From: Lama guanicoe
Taxonomy: Eukaryota
Direction of reading: 5' to 3'
Assembly: GCA_013239625.1 (NCBI GenBank)
Contig: MU054187.1
Location: 15,888,941-15,952,940, forward strand
Length of the DNA stretch: 64,000 nt
Shown: positions 40,130 through 52,623 of the stretch, in pieces
How the letters are laid out: every line of letters starts with the position of its first letter
Numbering within the stretch: position 1 is the stretch's first letter
The notes under the pieces: model-generated
The model's input: only the letters and a program-made list of their open reading frames with translations
Told to the model about the DNA's origin: nothing
Databases searched by the model: none
Position numbers and translations under genes: made by a program

Positions 40130-41021
40130 TGTAGCTGGGTGCAGCCATTATAGAAAACAGTTTGGAGATGCCTCAAAAAACTAAAAATAGACTTACCATA
40201 TGATCTAGCAATCCCACTCCTGGGCATATATCCAGAAAAATCCCTCTAATTTGAAAAGATACATGCACTCCAATGTTGATAGTACTATATACAATAGCCA
40301 AGACATGGAAACAACCCAAATGTCCATCATAGATGACTGGATAAAGAAACTGTGGTATATTTATACAATGGAATAGTACTCAGCCATAAAAAATAATAAA
40401 GCAATGCCATTTGCAGCAGCATAGATGGACCTGGAGAATGTCACTCTAAGTGAAGTAAACCAGAAAGAGAAAAAAAAATACCATATGAAATCACTCATAT
40501 GTGGAAACTAAGAAAGAAAGAAAGAAAGAAAAAGAAAGAAAGAAAGAAAGAAAGTAAGAGAAAGAAAGAAAGAAAGAAAGAGAAAGAAAGAAAGAAAGAA
40601 AGAGAAAGAAAGAAAGAAAGAAAGAGAAAGAAAGAAAGAAAGAAAGAGAAAGAAAGAAAGAAAGAAAGAGAAAGAAAGAAAGAAAGAAAGAAAGGAAGAA
40701 AGGAAGGAAAAGAACTTATCTACAAAACAGAAACAGACTCACAGACATAGTAAACAATCTTATGGTTACCCAGGGAAAAGGGGGCAGGAAGGGATAAATT
40801 GAGAGTTTGAGATTTGTAAATACTAACTACCATACATAAAATAGATAAAAAATAAATTTCTTCTGTAGAGCACAGGGAACTATATTCAACATCTTGTAGT
40901 AACCTATAATGAAAAAGGGTATGAAAGCGAATATATGTATACATATGTAAGACTGAAACATTATGCTGTATGCCAGAAATTGACAGATTGTAAACTGACT
41001 ATACTTCAGTAACAACAAAAC
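40130..41021 (+). mobile_element. 5'-truncated lineage-specific L1 (end of ORF2 plus 3' UTR)
   Basis: 'ccatatgatctagcaatcccactcctgggcatatatccag', 'aatagccaagacatggaaacaacccaaatgtcca', and an artiodactyl-type 3' UTR 'aaacagaaacagactcacagacatag...gcacagggaactatattcaa...taaactgactatacttca' followed by an A-rich tail. Confidence 0.95.
40510..40714. repeat. (GAAA)n purine tract with 22-bp higher-order unit
   Basis: About 200 bp of almost pure A/G with a recurring (GAAA)5GA unit. Confidence 0.95.
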
Positions 41022-42473
41022 AACCAGATATTTGCTGATTATTTAATCTCTGCATTCATTCTACAGATGAGTTTTGAATAGTGGCAAGCACAGTGAAGAG
41101 GGAAAAAAAACTTTGCTTGTACATCATCGCATTGAGACAGTTCAATAAACTGATCACATATGCTTGCATATAACAACTTAAAATTTGAAAAAAAGCAGGG
41201 TTCTGTTGATAATAGACGTATATCTCCAGTCAAAATTTTCACAAAGAAATCTCCATGTATGGGTGACCTCAGATGGAAGAGACAATATTAATAGGTACCA
41301 TTTGAGGTTCAGCCACCCAGACATTATGAGGGAGTATTCATTTTGGTAATGTCTGTTTTCTTAATTCTTTTGTCTCTTAACATAACAGGGATCCAGATAT
41401 TGGTTAATTTGGTTTATGCAGTTAAAGACTCTAAATTAAGGGGGATGCAATTTGGATTCTACTAAAGTTTTACTCCTAATCTTAGCCAAAAATATTATTT
41501 ACCCCAAAGAAAGTGAAGTGAGATTGTGTAAAACTGCCTATTGGTTTGTGATAATAATAATAACTATTATTATTATTTTTGTATTTGGTTTGGTATAAAA
41601 TAGTGCTTTGACATTATACCTAGCAGAAATTTCACCTGTTTTCTATTATATGGGTGATACTTTTCATTAGCTATCTTTGTTGGTATGGATACTCCCCCCT
41701 CCCATTTAGTTTTGTTTGTAGAATATGTAGAAAATCTTAATGGGAATTTTGGAAGCAGGACTAAGGAATTTATCATAAGCCCATGAGTATAATCTTATCC
41801 TTGTATGATTTGAATTATGTCTATTTACCTTTAAGGAAACAGTATATGGAAAATGAAAAATACATGAAATCATAGTATTCTTTTTAACCAGAAAGATATT
41901 TTATGTCTTAGCTGGACCTGAGAAAATCTCCTCTTAGCCTACTTATTATTCATGGCAAAGTTTGCTTCCCTATACATTTTACACTTAAAAAAAAGCTTAA
42001 AATTGCAGTTATTTTATTTTGTGGCATAGGCTTTAAGGTAAAATGGAAAGTTCCAAATGTACAAAAGGAAGAAAATCATCCAAAATGATCACTGAAGTAA
42101 AAATGAAGCCTTAACAATTTGTGAGAACTTGAGGAAATCTCCTCAGGTATAGCTAAGTTTTCTCCTGTCTTTTAATGATCTTTGTTGTCTAGTGTTCAGT
42201 GTCTTCAAAACTATTGTGTCATATATGTATTGTGTCTTTTGGGGTTGCACTCTGAGGAAGACACAAGACACATAAACCAATACTTGAAATACAGTGTTAA
42301 AAAAAAAAACTCTATGATGGAATATATAAAAAAATCTATGAGAGCACCAAAAAAGGAGCTAACATGCTTTTTTGTTTTTTATTGAATAAATAATACTTTA
42401 AAAAACATTATTTATAAGTATATGGATACTATATTTTATATAATCAATATTTTAATACAATCTGAAAGGTAGT

Positions 42474-42805
42474 TTTCCAGTTATCTATTGACGCATAAGA
42501 AACCAATCCAAAATTTAGTGCCTTAAAACAGTATCAGTCATTTTATAATGCTCACAATCTGTGCATCAAGGATTTGGACAGAGCTTGGCTGGGAGAGTGT
42601 CTATTTCTTGTAGCATCAGTTTGGCTCACTTGAGGGTTTTCACGTTGATGACTGGACTGTCTGAAGGACCAAGATGGCCGTGTTTTGGCAAAGGCTACTC
42701 GAAGGCTGAGGTCATCTGGGCCCTTTGTCTTTTCTCTGTGGTCTCGGGGTCCTTTCTATATGGTCTTTTGCATGCAGGAATCAGTGAGTGTTTCATATGA
42801 CTGGA
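42474..42805 (-). mobile_element. MaLR LTR (MLT1G/H-like), partial
   Basis: 'cagttatctattgacgcataagaaaccaatccaaaatttagtgccttaaaaca...gctcacaatctgtgcatcaaggatttggacagagcttggctggg'. Confidence 0.75.
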
Positions 42806-43689
42806 CATGAAAAGGCAAACCAGTTATTTCTAAGGAAAGATACTTCATGTTTGATTCCCTACTCAAACATATAGAAAAAAAAACCTCTATGATCTCTTTT
42901 GTTTATAGTGATGTCCAAGGGAAGAAATAAACACGGTAAAAACTAAATTCTCAGAATTATTTCTGGTTGCAGGTGGAGATCCCAGAAACAAGTGGCATAA
43001 TACTATAATTTTCTAATGTTAAAAAATGCTTTCTATTAAATACTCTAACTTGCTAAGGAAAGCACGTAACAATTAACATTCCTGATTCACAATCCAACCA
43101 CTGAAATATAACCAATTTGAAATGATTAATACCAAAGCACAATATTTGTAAGGATAAAGATGATAATAATTTTCAAAGTCCTTAAAATAAATCTGAGACA
43201 TTACAAATCATAACACTATGACTTTTATAAAAACAGTACATATAATTAAAAATATTCCTGAGAGATAAATAAAATGTTTAGTCAAAACTTAATGAATCAT
43301 TTGCAGATGAAACCTTTACAGCAGAAGGCTGAATTCTATGAAGAAAATAAAAATAGGATGGCAAATTTTGGATAACTAAAACTTGAAATTGCCTGTAAAG
43401 ATATTCAGACAGATAGTCTGTTTTATCCTCACGGTTTTTAATTTATTCTTTCCATACATGATTTTTAACGTGTTATTGTAGATACATTTATTCCCTTTAG
43501 AATGAATATAAGAATGTTGTTTTTCTATAATAGTTATTTCTTCATGTCAATAAATTGTTTCAGTAGATTGAGCAAATTGAGAACAAAGTTCAAAAGAGAT
43601 AGTAAAACACACACGTGCACATACACATACCCTTCTCCCCACAATGGCGAGAAGAAGACAGCAGAAAAAGAAAAGTAACATATATAGTT

Positions 43690-43900
43690 CCCCTGAGTTC
43701 TATGCTAGGCCAATCTCATTTACCTTCTGTATAAATGACCTGGAAATAGGAGTAAACCTGACCATACCTTGCTTTGAAAACAGTAGACAGAGCAGAGTTG
43801 GGATAAAGCCACAGGGAAATCTTAATAGAATATAGCCGTGACTGGGAATGCTACAGATGAAATTTAATGTGGTACAGTCTCATTTTAACATCACATGGGA
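43690..43900 (+). mobile_element. CR1/L3 LINE reverse-transcriptase fossil
   Basis: One frame reads PISFTFCINDLEIGVNLTIPCFENS...GNLNRI*...QMKFN, compared with CR1 RT PVLFNIFINDL..G....ISKFADD...DLDRL..W....MKFN. Confidence 0.6.
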
Positions 43901-45029
43901 AAATGCAAGCATGTGATGGTGGTGGTGGGAGAAATAGAGAATATAATTTAATGCCAGAAATACAGGTGCTTTTTCTGTCCAGATAATTTCCTAAAATGCT
44001 ACCTGTCCTGTGCATGTGCACACTGTGGTAATTTGTATGCAGATCTAGGAAAATGAAATAAAATGAATAGATGCTAACTGTTACAGCATATAATCCTGTA
44101 TGTGAATCAAATACTTATAGTTGTAATAGTCATGTAGGAATGAACTCACTAGGGGAGTTTGTTTATGTTGCCTTCATTTTTATCTATAAGACAGCTAGTA
44201 AGAGCTCATATAATACAGTGACAATGAAAAATGGGGAAGTATATGGGATATCAAAATTTTACTTAAAAGTGAAATTAGATATTGAATAGAGTAATCTAAA
44301 GATCAGTTAATAAGCATTGTTTTTCTACCTTTAGCCAATATCTTTTAAAATTTTGTTGGTTTTTCCTTTAGTAGTTGGGGTAGCTCTCTTTTGACAGTGA
44401 TGAAAACACTTCTTTCAGTGAAGCAGTCCCTGGAAGGGAATTTTCAGATAGTGGATGATCTTGAAGATTTTGCTATTAAATTTTCATTGCTGTGGTTAAT
44501 TTTCATAAGTAAGTTTATAGCAAACCAACTCCAGTTCATTTCATCTTTTAAGGATTGAATTTATTCATCAATAAATATCTGCTTTCTTCACATATGGTTC
44601 TGAATTTTTTTGTTAATGTGAATTTTGGTGTTTAAAAGTAACCCTATCACAAATCAGTCTTTGTCTACTTGAGGGTAAGATCAGAGAAGATGTGGAGGCA
44701 GAGTGAGAAAATATCAGGATGCCTAAGTTTACTTTCCTCACTTCAGCCTAACCAGGCTAAAAAATTAAGCTGGCTGAGAGATAAAGAGTATTATAGGAAT
44801 GCTGGGGAAAAATCTAGATGTAAATGTATCTCCTTAAAAAAGCAAATGTAATTTTCCCCTGAGGAACTGAGTCTTAGACCTGCAGAGCAAAGTCAAGTCA
44901 CTTTCTTTTTGTAACAATTCAGAACTTGGTTAACTAATTCCTGTTGCAGCTACACAGTTTTACGAGCACATGTGTGAAAACTGGGGAGACAAAGTAACCC
45001 TGGTTCTTTAATTGACTCTTTCTCAACTT

Positions 45030-45255
45030 AAGAGCTTTAGCCTTAGAGTCAAAAGCCCTGCAATTGAACCCTAACCCTAACACATGACCTTGAGGAAATC
45101 AACATGCTATTAACATGCTGTTATTTAACATCACTCTGCCCTGATTTTATTGTCTTTATCACTAACTCATAGTGTGGTTGTGATGCTTACTTGACATAAT
45201 TCACACGAGAAAGCACAATGGCTGGTACATAGTAAGTGTTCATTAAATGTTAGAC
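45030..45255 (+). mobile_element. MIR SINE
   Basis: 'ttagagtcaaaagccctg...atgaccttgaggaaatca...gcacaatggctggtacatagtaagtgttcattaaatgttag'. Confidence 0.7.
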
Positions 45256-45484
45256 ATTGATGATGCTGATAATTATGCTTTCTTACCTGCATAAAGTTTA
45301 TAAAAAATTAGAATGGCCAGGGCTAAAGAATATTGACACATTACCCTGCTTCATGATGAAGAAGATTATGATGATGATAAAGATGAAGAGAAGCACCTGT
45401 GGTTTATGCTCTAAGAAAATGGCTAAATGGTTTATTAAAACTTTTACATGAGACTTCGTGTGGTGCTATTTACAGAGAAACACA

Positions 45485-45510
45485 GATGATGATGATGATG
45501 ATGATGATCA
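45485..45510. repeat. (GAT)n microsatellite
   Basis: About 8 gat units. Confidence 0.9.
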
Positions 45511-46069
45511 TGGTAATGACAATGATATTAAAATGATCATTTCCCCCAGGTAGAATATAGCTTTTTTAAATCCAGTTATGTCTGTGTATATTATATATTC
45601 CTGAATCATTTTTCCAAATATAAAAATCAATGAATCAGTAAACCATTCTCTGTGTCTAATATTTGCTAAGTACTGTGGAAAACCCAAAAAGATCTTGCAA
45701 TATTTTGAAGCAAATAAATTATTTGTGGGTAAGAAATGTATCCAACTCATCTGACTATTCTCCATCCATCTGTCACAGGGCCTGGCTTAGTGAAGCACTA
45801 CTTAAATGTGTAAGTAATACATAATAAATAATAATTTATAAGCAGTACAGAGACATAATTAGAGATAACCATGAATTATTAATTAAATCAGTATAATCCA
45901 TCCAAAAAAAAAATGAGGATTAAGAAAGGTACCCAGATATTTAAAGCATCATCTCTTAGGTGATTCACAATCCTGCAACTGCCTAAGGTAGGCATGTATT
46001 CATAATCTGCTTTAATATAGCACAAACCATGGCTCCTTTCCCTTGGAAAACTGTTATCATGAATGTCCC

Positions 46070-46660
46070 ATACTGGGAAACAAAACAGGAGAAATATATA
46101 ATTAAGTTTACTGTGAAAAAATATTCTATGATCAAATAAATTTGATGAAATCTAAGATAAACAGAATGAAATGAGTTTTATATCTGCAGGACTTCTCAGA
46201 CTATCAAATACGGTAATGTGAATTAACAGCATTTCTAAGCTAGATTAGAATGTGTGATCCTTAACCTGTCCTAATATTCTCACTAGACAGTTGTCCTAAG
46301 GAACTCACACTGTTCTGTGGAAAGCACTTACTAGGCAAATTACATGTATACCACAGAGTCAAATCAGTGAAATCAGCTATCACCTCTAGTGCTGTCCCAT
46401 GGGTCATTTTGGAAATTTTTAGGGGTGCTTTAGCTTTTCAGGTTAGCCTATGTTTAACATATTTTAATGAGTATTATTCTATTGTATAATATAAATCACT
46501 TGCTTTATTTTTTCTTTATATTTCAATCAGGATATTGCATTGTTTATTTTTAAATGTTATTTTGAAGATATGTTACATTATCAATGAATTTTATTTTATG
46601 ACAGGTGTTAAAAATATTTCTTATAGAAAGGAGGCATTGAATCTCAAAATCTCACCCAGT
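46070..46660. mobile_element. hAT-Charlie DNA transposon fragments
   Basis: 'gatcaaataaatttg...ctgcaggacttctcagac...taatgtg' and 'gtcattttggaaattt...aggtgttaaaaatatttcttatagaaaggaggcattg' resemble Charlie-family MITEs. Confidence 0.45.
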
Positions 46661-46881
46661 ATTCTGAGATTATTACCTCAACTGAAAAGCTTTAGTTAAT
46701 AATTTTAGGTTATTACAATTTATAATAATTTTTTCCTACTGTTGGAGAAGGATATTGTTAAAATTTTCCTGTACTAGAAGATGAAAGAGATAAATAGAAG
46801 GCATAGAAGGTACTTTGGATTTCTGGTATACTATTGCGCTAGCCATTTCCTCTGACTGAAGTACAGTACAGTCACCTCAAT

Positions 46882-47430
46882 CATCAAGGGGTAGGAAAAA
46901 ATTTTTCTTTACGCTTCTAAATTCTTCTGGTTTGTCTAAGAATAAGTTGACATGAGACAGATTATCAAGAAAACAATTTTTTTAAAAGTAATACCCCAGG
47001 AAAATGGAGTAACTCACCAAAATGTCTGAAATCCTCACCTTAAATACCATGTTTAGCTAAGAATAAAGGGGATATGGGAGGTAATGGTCTGGGGCCTAAA
47101 AAGGGAGGCAGGCAATTCATGTGGAGACAGAAAAGCAGATGTTTGGTAAACAAATGTTTGCTCAGCCCGCAGAGACAGAGGGACAGAGTGGACTCTGATT
47201 CCTAGGCCCTCCTGGGCTTCCCCCCCACCCCTAGCCTGTATATTTACAGATATTTCTGGTGATAGCGCTGCCCTGGGAATAGGCCGTCTGTCTAAATTCT
47301 TTTACCAAGTTAAGGGAGAGGTAATGGAAAACTTTCTGAGTCTTCTCTTTCTTAAAAATAATCAGCCTAAATTAGTCCTTATGCCAAAAGAGACACATTT
47401 TGGGGTGACGAATTTTCCTGCATGTTCGTC
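46882..47430 (-). mobile_element. MER34-like ERV1 solo LTR
   Basis: Right end 'cttaaaaataatcagcctaaattagtccttatgccaaaagagacacattttggggtg' is the antisense of the MER34-type LTR start. Termini are decayed. Confidence 0.75.
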
Positions 47431-47814
47431 TCAGCAAGTGGTTGCTATTAGGAGGGATAATTTCATGGTATGTCCTTATTTGAGCCTAGATTCTTATTTA
47501 AAGCTCAGCTTCTGTCACTTGGAAAACTAAAGTGTCCTAGCAAACAATCTACTTCTTTACTTAGTAATTTGAGCTGTGAGTGTTTCAATTAGTTCCCTTG
47601 CCATTGTTTTTAAATTAGAGAACTGTCAGCCTAAGGAAGGAAAAGTACACCTTTACTTAATTGATCAAAGGTTGGTTCAACCCTTACTCTGAACTCTTAA
47701 CTCTCTGGATCTTCTGATTATGACTGAGTGCTCACAGCAATCTTTTAAGTACACTCCTTTTCAGAATTTTTATGTTACTTCATTGTTTTGGCTTTCTTTA
47801 TACGTATTTCTAAT

Positions 47815-48290
47815 TCAGCCTAGGACATCTAGACCTCCCAGTGGCCTGAACAATATTTTTAATAATTTTAAATCGGTTGCCAAAATTTAAAGATCTAAAG
47901 ATTTTATATGAATATATGAATTTATTGCATTCCTTGAAAAAAATCTATCATCTGGCCACAATGGTTGTCCATTCTCATATGGAAACGATCAGTGGGACTG
48001 AGTAGCTTTTGATATATTGTATCTATTCCCCATAGTCTCCACCATTCCCTAGTGTTCCTGTAACACTGAGGCCAAGTTTTACTTGGAATCCATTACTGTG
48101 CTTGATTGTTGTTCTCTTTATACTATAGAGGAAAATAAATAAACAGACTTCACGTCTCACGAAACATATTCTTATGTGTCTAACATTCAAGTTGTGTCTC
48201 TGTATAATGAATACTACTTGGATCCTGTTTTGGAGAACCCCGGTACACCTCTCTCCCCTGACTCCTGAAGTCATTTAAGTTGCAACCATT
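47815..48290. mobile_element. MER102/Charlie4-type hAT element
   Basis: 'ggttgccaaaatttaaaga...cttgaaaaaaatc...atctggccaca...ctgagtagc...ccattccct...acactgaggccaag'. Confidence 0.65.
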
Positions 48291-48619
48291 GACTTTGGGG
48301 CTTAGAGTCAACAGTCAGGATGTAGTCAGTATCCTTATTTCCCTCTGCCATCTTCATGAAATTCTATTCTTTCAATTTGATATCTTCAACTAGAGCTAAC
48401 TCATTTGGGGTTTGCTTTTGTTAGGAAAAAAAACTGAAACTTGAAGTGTGTGAACAAGGTAAGTGTATGACAGATGTCATACTTAAGATCATTTTCTTAA
48501 AACAATATCAGCTTCAAATGGAGTATTTTAAGAGATTTGCAGAAATTCAGATGAATGCAAGACTGAAGACGAATCTTAAGAATTCAACAATTGCAGTGTC
48601 ACATAATGCAAACAATGCT

Positions 48620-48800
48620 GCACCAAGAATTAGGAAACCTAGACACTAACAAACTTGTTGTGAGCCTTTAAACAAACTACTTAATCTCCCTGGACATTAA
48701 CCTACTCATATATAAAATTAATACTGTGAGACATTCTCTATAAGAACGTTGTGGGATAAAATAAGAAACTATTTAAAATTATTTATGGTAGTTTAATATT
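48620..48800 (+). mobile_element. MIR SINE
   Basis: 'gaattaggaaacctag...tgtgagcctttaaacaaactacttaatctccctggac...ctcatatataaaat'. Confidence 0.55.
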
Positions 48801-49259
48801 AGTTGTAAAGTTCAGTTATAGCATTCCATAGAAAAAGATGATGTATAAGTTTTAAGTTTATAACTCAAGGAAAAATGAGAAATAAAGTTGCCTAAAAGCT
48901 TTCACATCCCAGAGAGCATCAGATTCTTCCCCAAAGGTTGTTTATCTTTGAGTAGATGGTGGCCATCCTAATAGGTTCATGCCTAAGAGGTGACCCATGA
49001 GTTGGTCAGAAAACAGCTGAGAACTAGATCCAAGTTGTTGATAATTGAAAAAATAGAATGAGGTGCATTGAAATATATTAAATGGAACCACAGAGCATGA
49101 CTAATTGACTACATTAAAGAAGGAGTAGAAACACTAGGAAAAAGTTCAGAGCAGCATGTGAATCAGGAGAACATAATCCCGTCCTGAACATTTGTCCTTA
49201 TTTCTCCTTTCTTATTTATTTCTATTTTCTTATTCAGAAATACATTTTTTCACGTTGTG

Positions 49260-49757
49260 CAGTTCTGATGGATGTTGTGTATAGTGCTCCTATAACCTTT
49301 CTGATGGGAGTGGTAGGTCACTGGAATTAGTCTGATCTTGTATCCCCGACCACAGTGGTTATTCTAGAAATTAGCAAGTGACAAAGACTTGGATGAGAGG
49401 CTTCTTCTCTAGGGGATTTCAGACAGAGGTTATTGAGGAAGACTTTTTTATTTCCTTCCTCTCTGGTCATAGAACCTATAGTTTCAAGACCAAAACTGTT
49501 AGCAGCCATTTCTTTACATCCTTTCACAATTACTTGGACTGGAAAGAAGAGACCATGCTTAGATAGAGTGGAGTGTCTTGAGAACTAGAGAGAGACTGAG
49601 AACGTTGAATGCCTTGGTTATTAGCACCCTTATGGCCAACTCCACCCTATTATCTTCCTGCAATTTAGTAATTTGTCCAATAAATGCACATTTCTCTCTA
49701 ATATAATATGAGTAGCTTGTATGTGTATTGGTTACCAAAGAATACTGAAAATCACCA
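49260..49757 (+). mobile_element. old MaLR LTR (MLT1-type)
   Basis: 'ccccgaccacagtggttattctagaaattagcaagtgac', 'gttagcagccattt' and 'ccaataaatgc...ggttaccaaagaatactga'. Confidence 0.55.
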
Positions 49758-52623
49758 TAGAAGGTAATGCTAAGATCTATTTTTAGGGAATAATTAAATT
49801 GTAGTTTAAAACTCTCAAAAGTAGTAAGACATTTAGAAAAGAGAATTGGGAAATTAGCTTAGAGAGGATTCTTCATTTATTAATATGTCAGAGCAAAGAT
49901 TTTAATGTCAGTAACTCTTTGTAGCGAACTGAAAGAAATTAACAAAGATAACTGCACATTCTGGTGCTGCCACCAGAAGAAAATTTACTCTGAAATAAAT
50001 GGATATTTTCTTCGAGAGTTTTGAGATTTAAACTGCATAAAATTTAATATTACAAAAGGCCACCTACAACCATGGTATTTCTTGATTTTAAAAGTAAAAG
50101 AAAAACCCTTAAATTATGCACATACTTAAGATTGAAAAATATCTTCTGAGCACATAAAATGGATTTTTTTCATGCTTATCAATTCTATTCCCACTCATTT
50201 GAATGCAATTTACCATCATCATAACGTTCTGAGGGAGAGCCTACAGAGATTGTGTTGTGATGTCAAATTGCTATATGAAAACAATTTTGATAAGCGCATG
50301 GACACCACATTAAAATGACAAATTATAATGACAAAATGGCTTTGGTGTTTCCATGGAGACCAAATTACAATGTCAAATTGATGGCAAAATGAGGTCAATA
50401 CAAATCTACACACACCAGATTGTGATGTTAAAACAATGCAAAGCAATAACACCACAGGTCTGGGGAGGCGACGATGCTATGATGTCAGGATGATGGGAAG
50501 GCACTATCTAGGATGATGTCAAAACAGTAACAGAAAGGATGTCAGTGGAAATCTCAGTAGCATCCTTCATGATGACAGTACAATAGAACAGTATTATTAA
50601 TACAGATTTCACCAATGGTAAAATAAATCCAGTGAACCTGAGAAAATAGGAAGCTTACACAGTTAAGTATTTTGATTCTAAACACTTTTTCATTTTTAAA
50701 TTCTTAGGAACTAAGCGCTTAGTCATGAAGTTAGAGTGAAAAAAACCTAAGCTACATTACTCAGTGATGGAAGTTATTTATTGAAGAATCTGTTTAGATG
50801 TAAATGACTTTCCTCATTTACAATACAACTGTGAAAGGACCCACAGGGAGACAGTCTGATTAATTCAGTCCTCTCTAGAAGGTTTCACTGGCAGACCTCT
50901 CTGTTGAAATGTCTTAGGGGCATGCATCCTCCTCCCCTTGGGGTGGTTGTCACACCTTTTAGTTCTTCTTTCCTAAAGATGTTAAAATATTTACAGTTAC
51001 ATTTTTGTATTTTATAAATTATGAACCAAGCAGTTTAACACTTCTTTAAACCTGCCATTGTCGAAAATAGTATGAAGCATGATGTTATCTTCACTAATGC
51101 ACATTATTCCCATTTGTTCTTAAATAATAAATTATATTGATGCAATTTATCTTGAATAAGTGCAATAAATATTTTAACCTAGTGCTAATATCAATCAGTT
51201 GGTGTTTTAAATGCAAATGGAAAAGAATACATTTATCATGGTTTTGCAACACCATCTCCTTTTGTCTTCCCTATTATGGTAAATCTGACATCTTGTAGAA
51301 ACAAAAGAGACAACATGTCATAGGGTCATAAAAACATTTTGATTATTTAAAAAGAATACTTTCATCAAATTACAAAAATATAGTGATACTTTGCCACATG
51401 ATTTGAGCTTGTATTATTATTCTAAGTGTGAGCCATACCCAGTTTTGAGGATTACCATTCCATGTGGTGATTAATACCATGCTTCAGTATGCAAACTCAT
51501 TTTATGATATTGACTAAATTAACTGGATGATTCACTTACATTCAACAAACATGTTTTAGTTGAATACTATCTATATGCCAGATAGTATGCAAGGTCAATT
51601 AAATCAAATGGTTTTAGAGATTTGTTTTACAAGATTTGCCAATTGGTTTAAAATGCTCAGCATTTAAGTTGGGTTGATCCATCTGCTTCTGAGCACAGGA
51701 ATCTCTGTTCTTTAGGTGTTAGCTTCTTTTTCTTTTATTTTTGCTTTCTCTTCCTTTTTTCAAGGGGAAAGAGGATAACATGGAATAAAAGAAGACTTCC
51801 TTGAGAGCCCCCTGTTCATATAGCTGCCATGAAAATAATATCCCCTCAGGGCAGGCAACACAGGTCTCACTTTAAGAAACTGCACACAGTTTTTAGTCAT
51901 TCTTGAGGGGATGCAGATCCAGGGATAAAACGTGCCTAGACCAGCATATTTATCCAACTGAAACCAGTTCAAATTAAAGACATGAAGAGGAAGAGTAATA
52001 ACAATAATAATAGTAATAACAAACCAATACCCTTCCCAATGCAGACCTTCAGTAGAATCTTAGCTCTGCCAATGTGTAAAATTTTGCAAGTCATTTACTT
52101 CCCTGAATCTCACTCTTTTTCATTTTAAGGTGCTAGAGATAAACTGGAAAGCCTCTCTCTCTAAGGTGGGTTAAACAGAACACCTATCGTCCTGTAGCTA
52201 TGCTCTTCTAGAGTCTCAGAGGAGAATACAGGACTTTGTGACACCTTAGGACACACAGTTGGCCTCATGAAGACCTGTCAGGAGACCATGGCAGTAGGCT
52301 ATATTCTGAATTGAGCTCAAGTGAAAGAAACACATTTTCACAGTTTTGTAATATAAATATGACAATATTTTCTCCAAATCCAAAGGGCATATGTGATCTC
52401 CCTAAAGGAATTTCTGTGTTATCCCATTATCAGTAACTAAACACAATTTTTTTTTTAAAAAATCATGGTCTATACCCTTTTCCTTCTTCTTAAGAGTGTT
52501 TTTTTCTTTTTTTGTAAAAGCAAATATTATCTACATTTACAAATCAGAACTACAGAACACTGCAGATAGAAAAAAACAGATGCTGGATGAAACAGAGGTA
52601 TTTGACAACACTGTGATAGAAAC

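Noticed and set aside
40499..40750. Lys/Glu/Arg-rich ORF
   Set aside because: It is a translation of the (GAAA)n microsatellite.
40100..41040. Target-site duplication for the young L1
   Set aside because: Only a loose 'aaccag' similarity exists on the two sides, which is not convincing.
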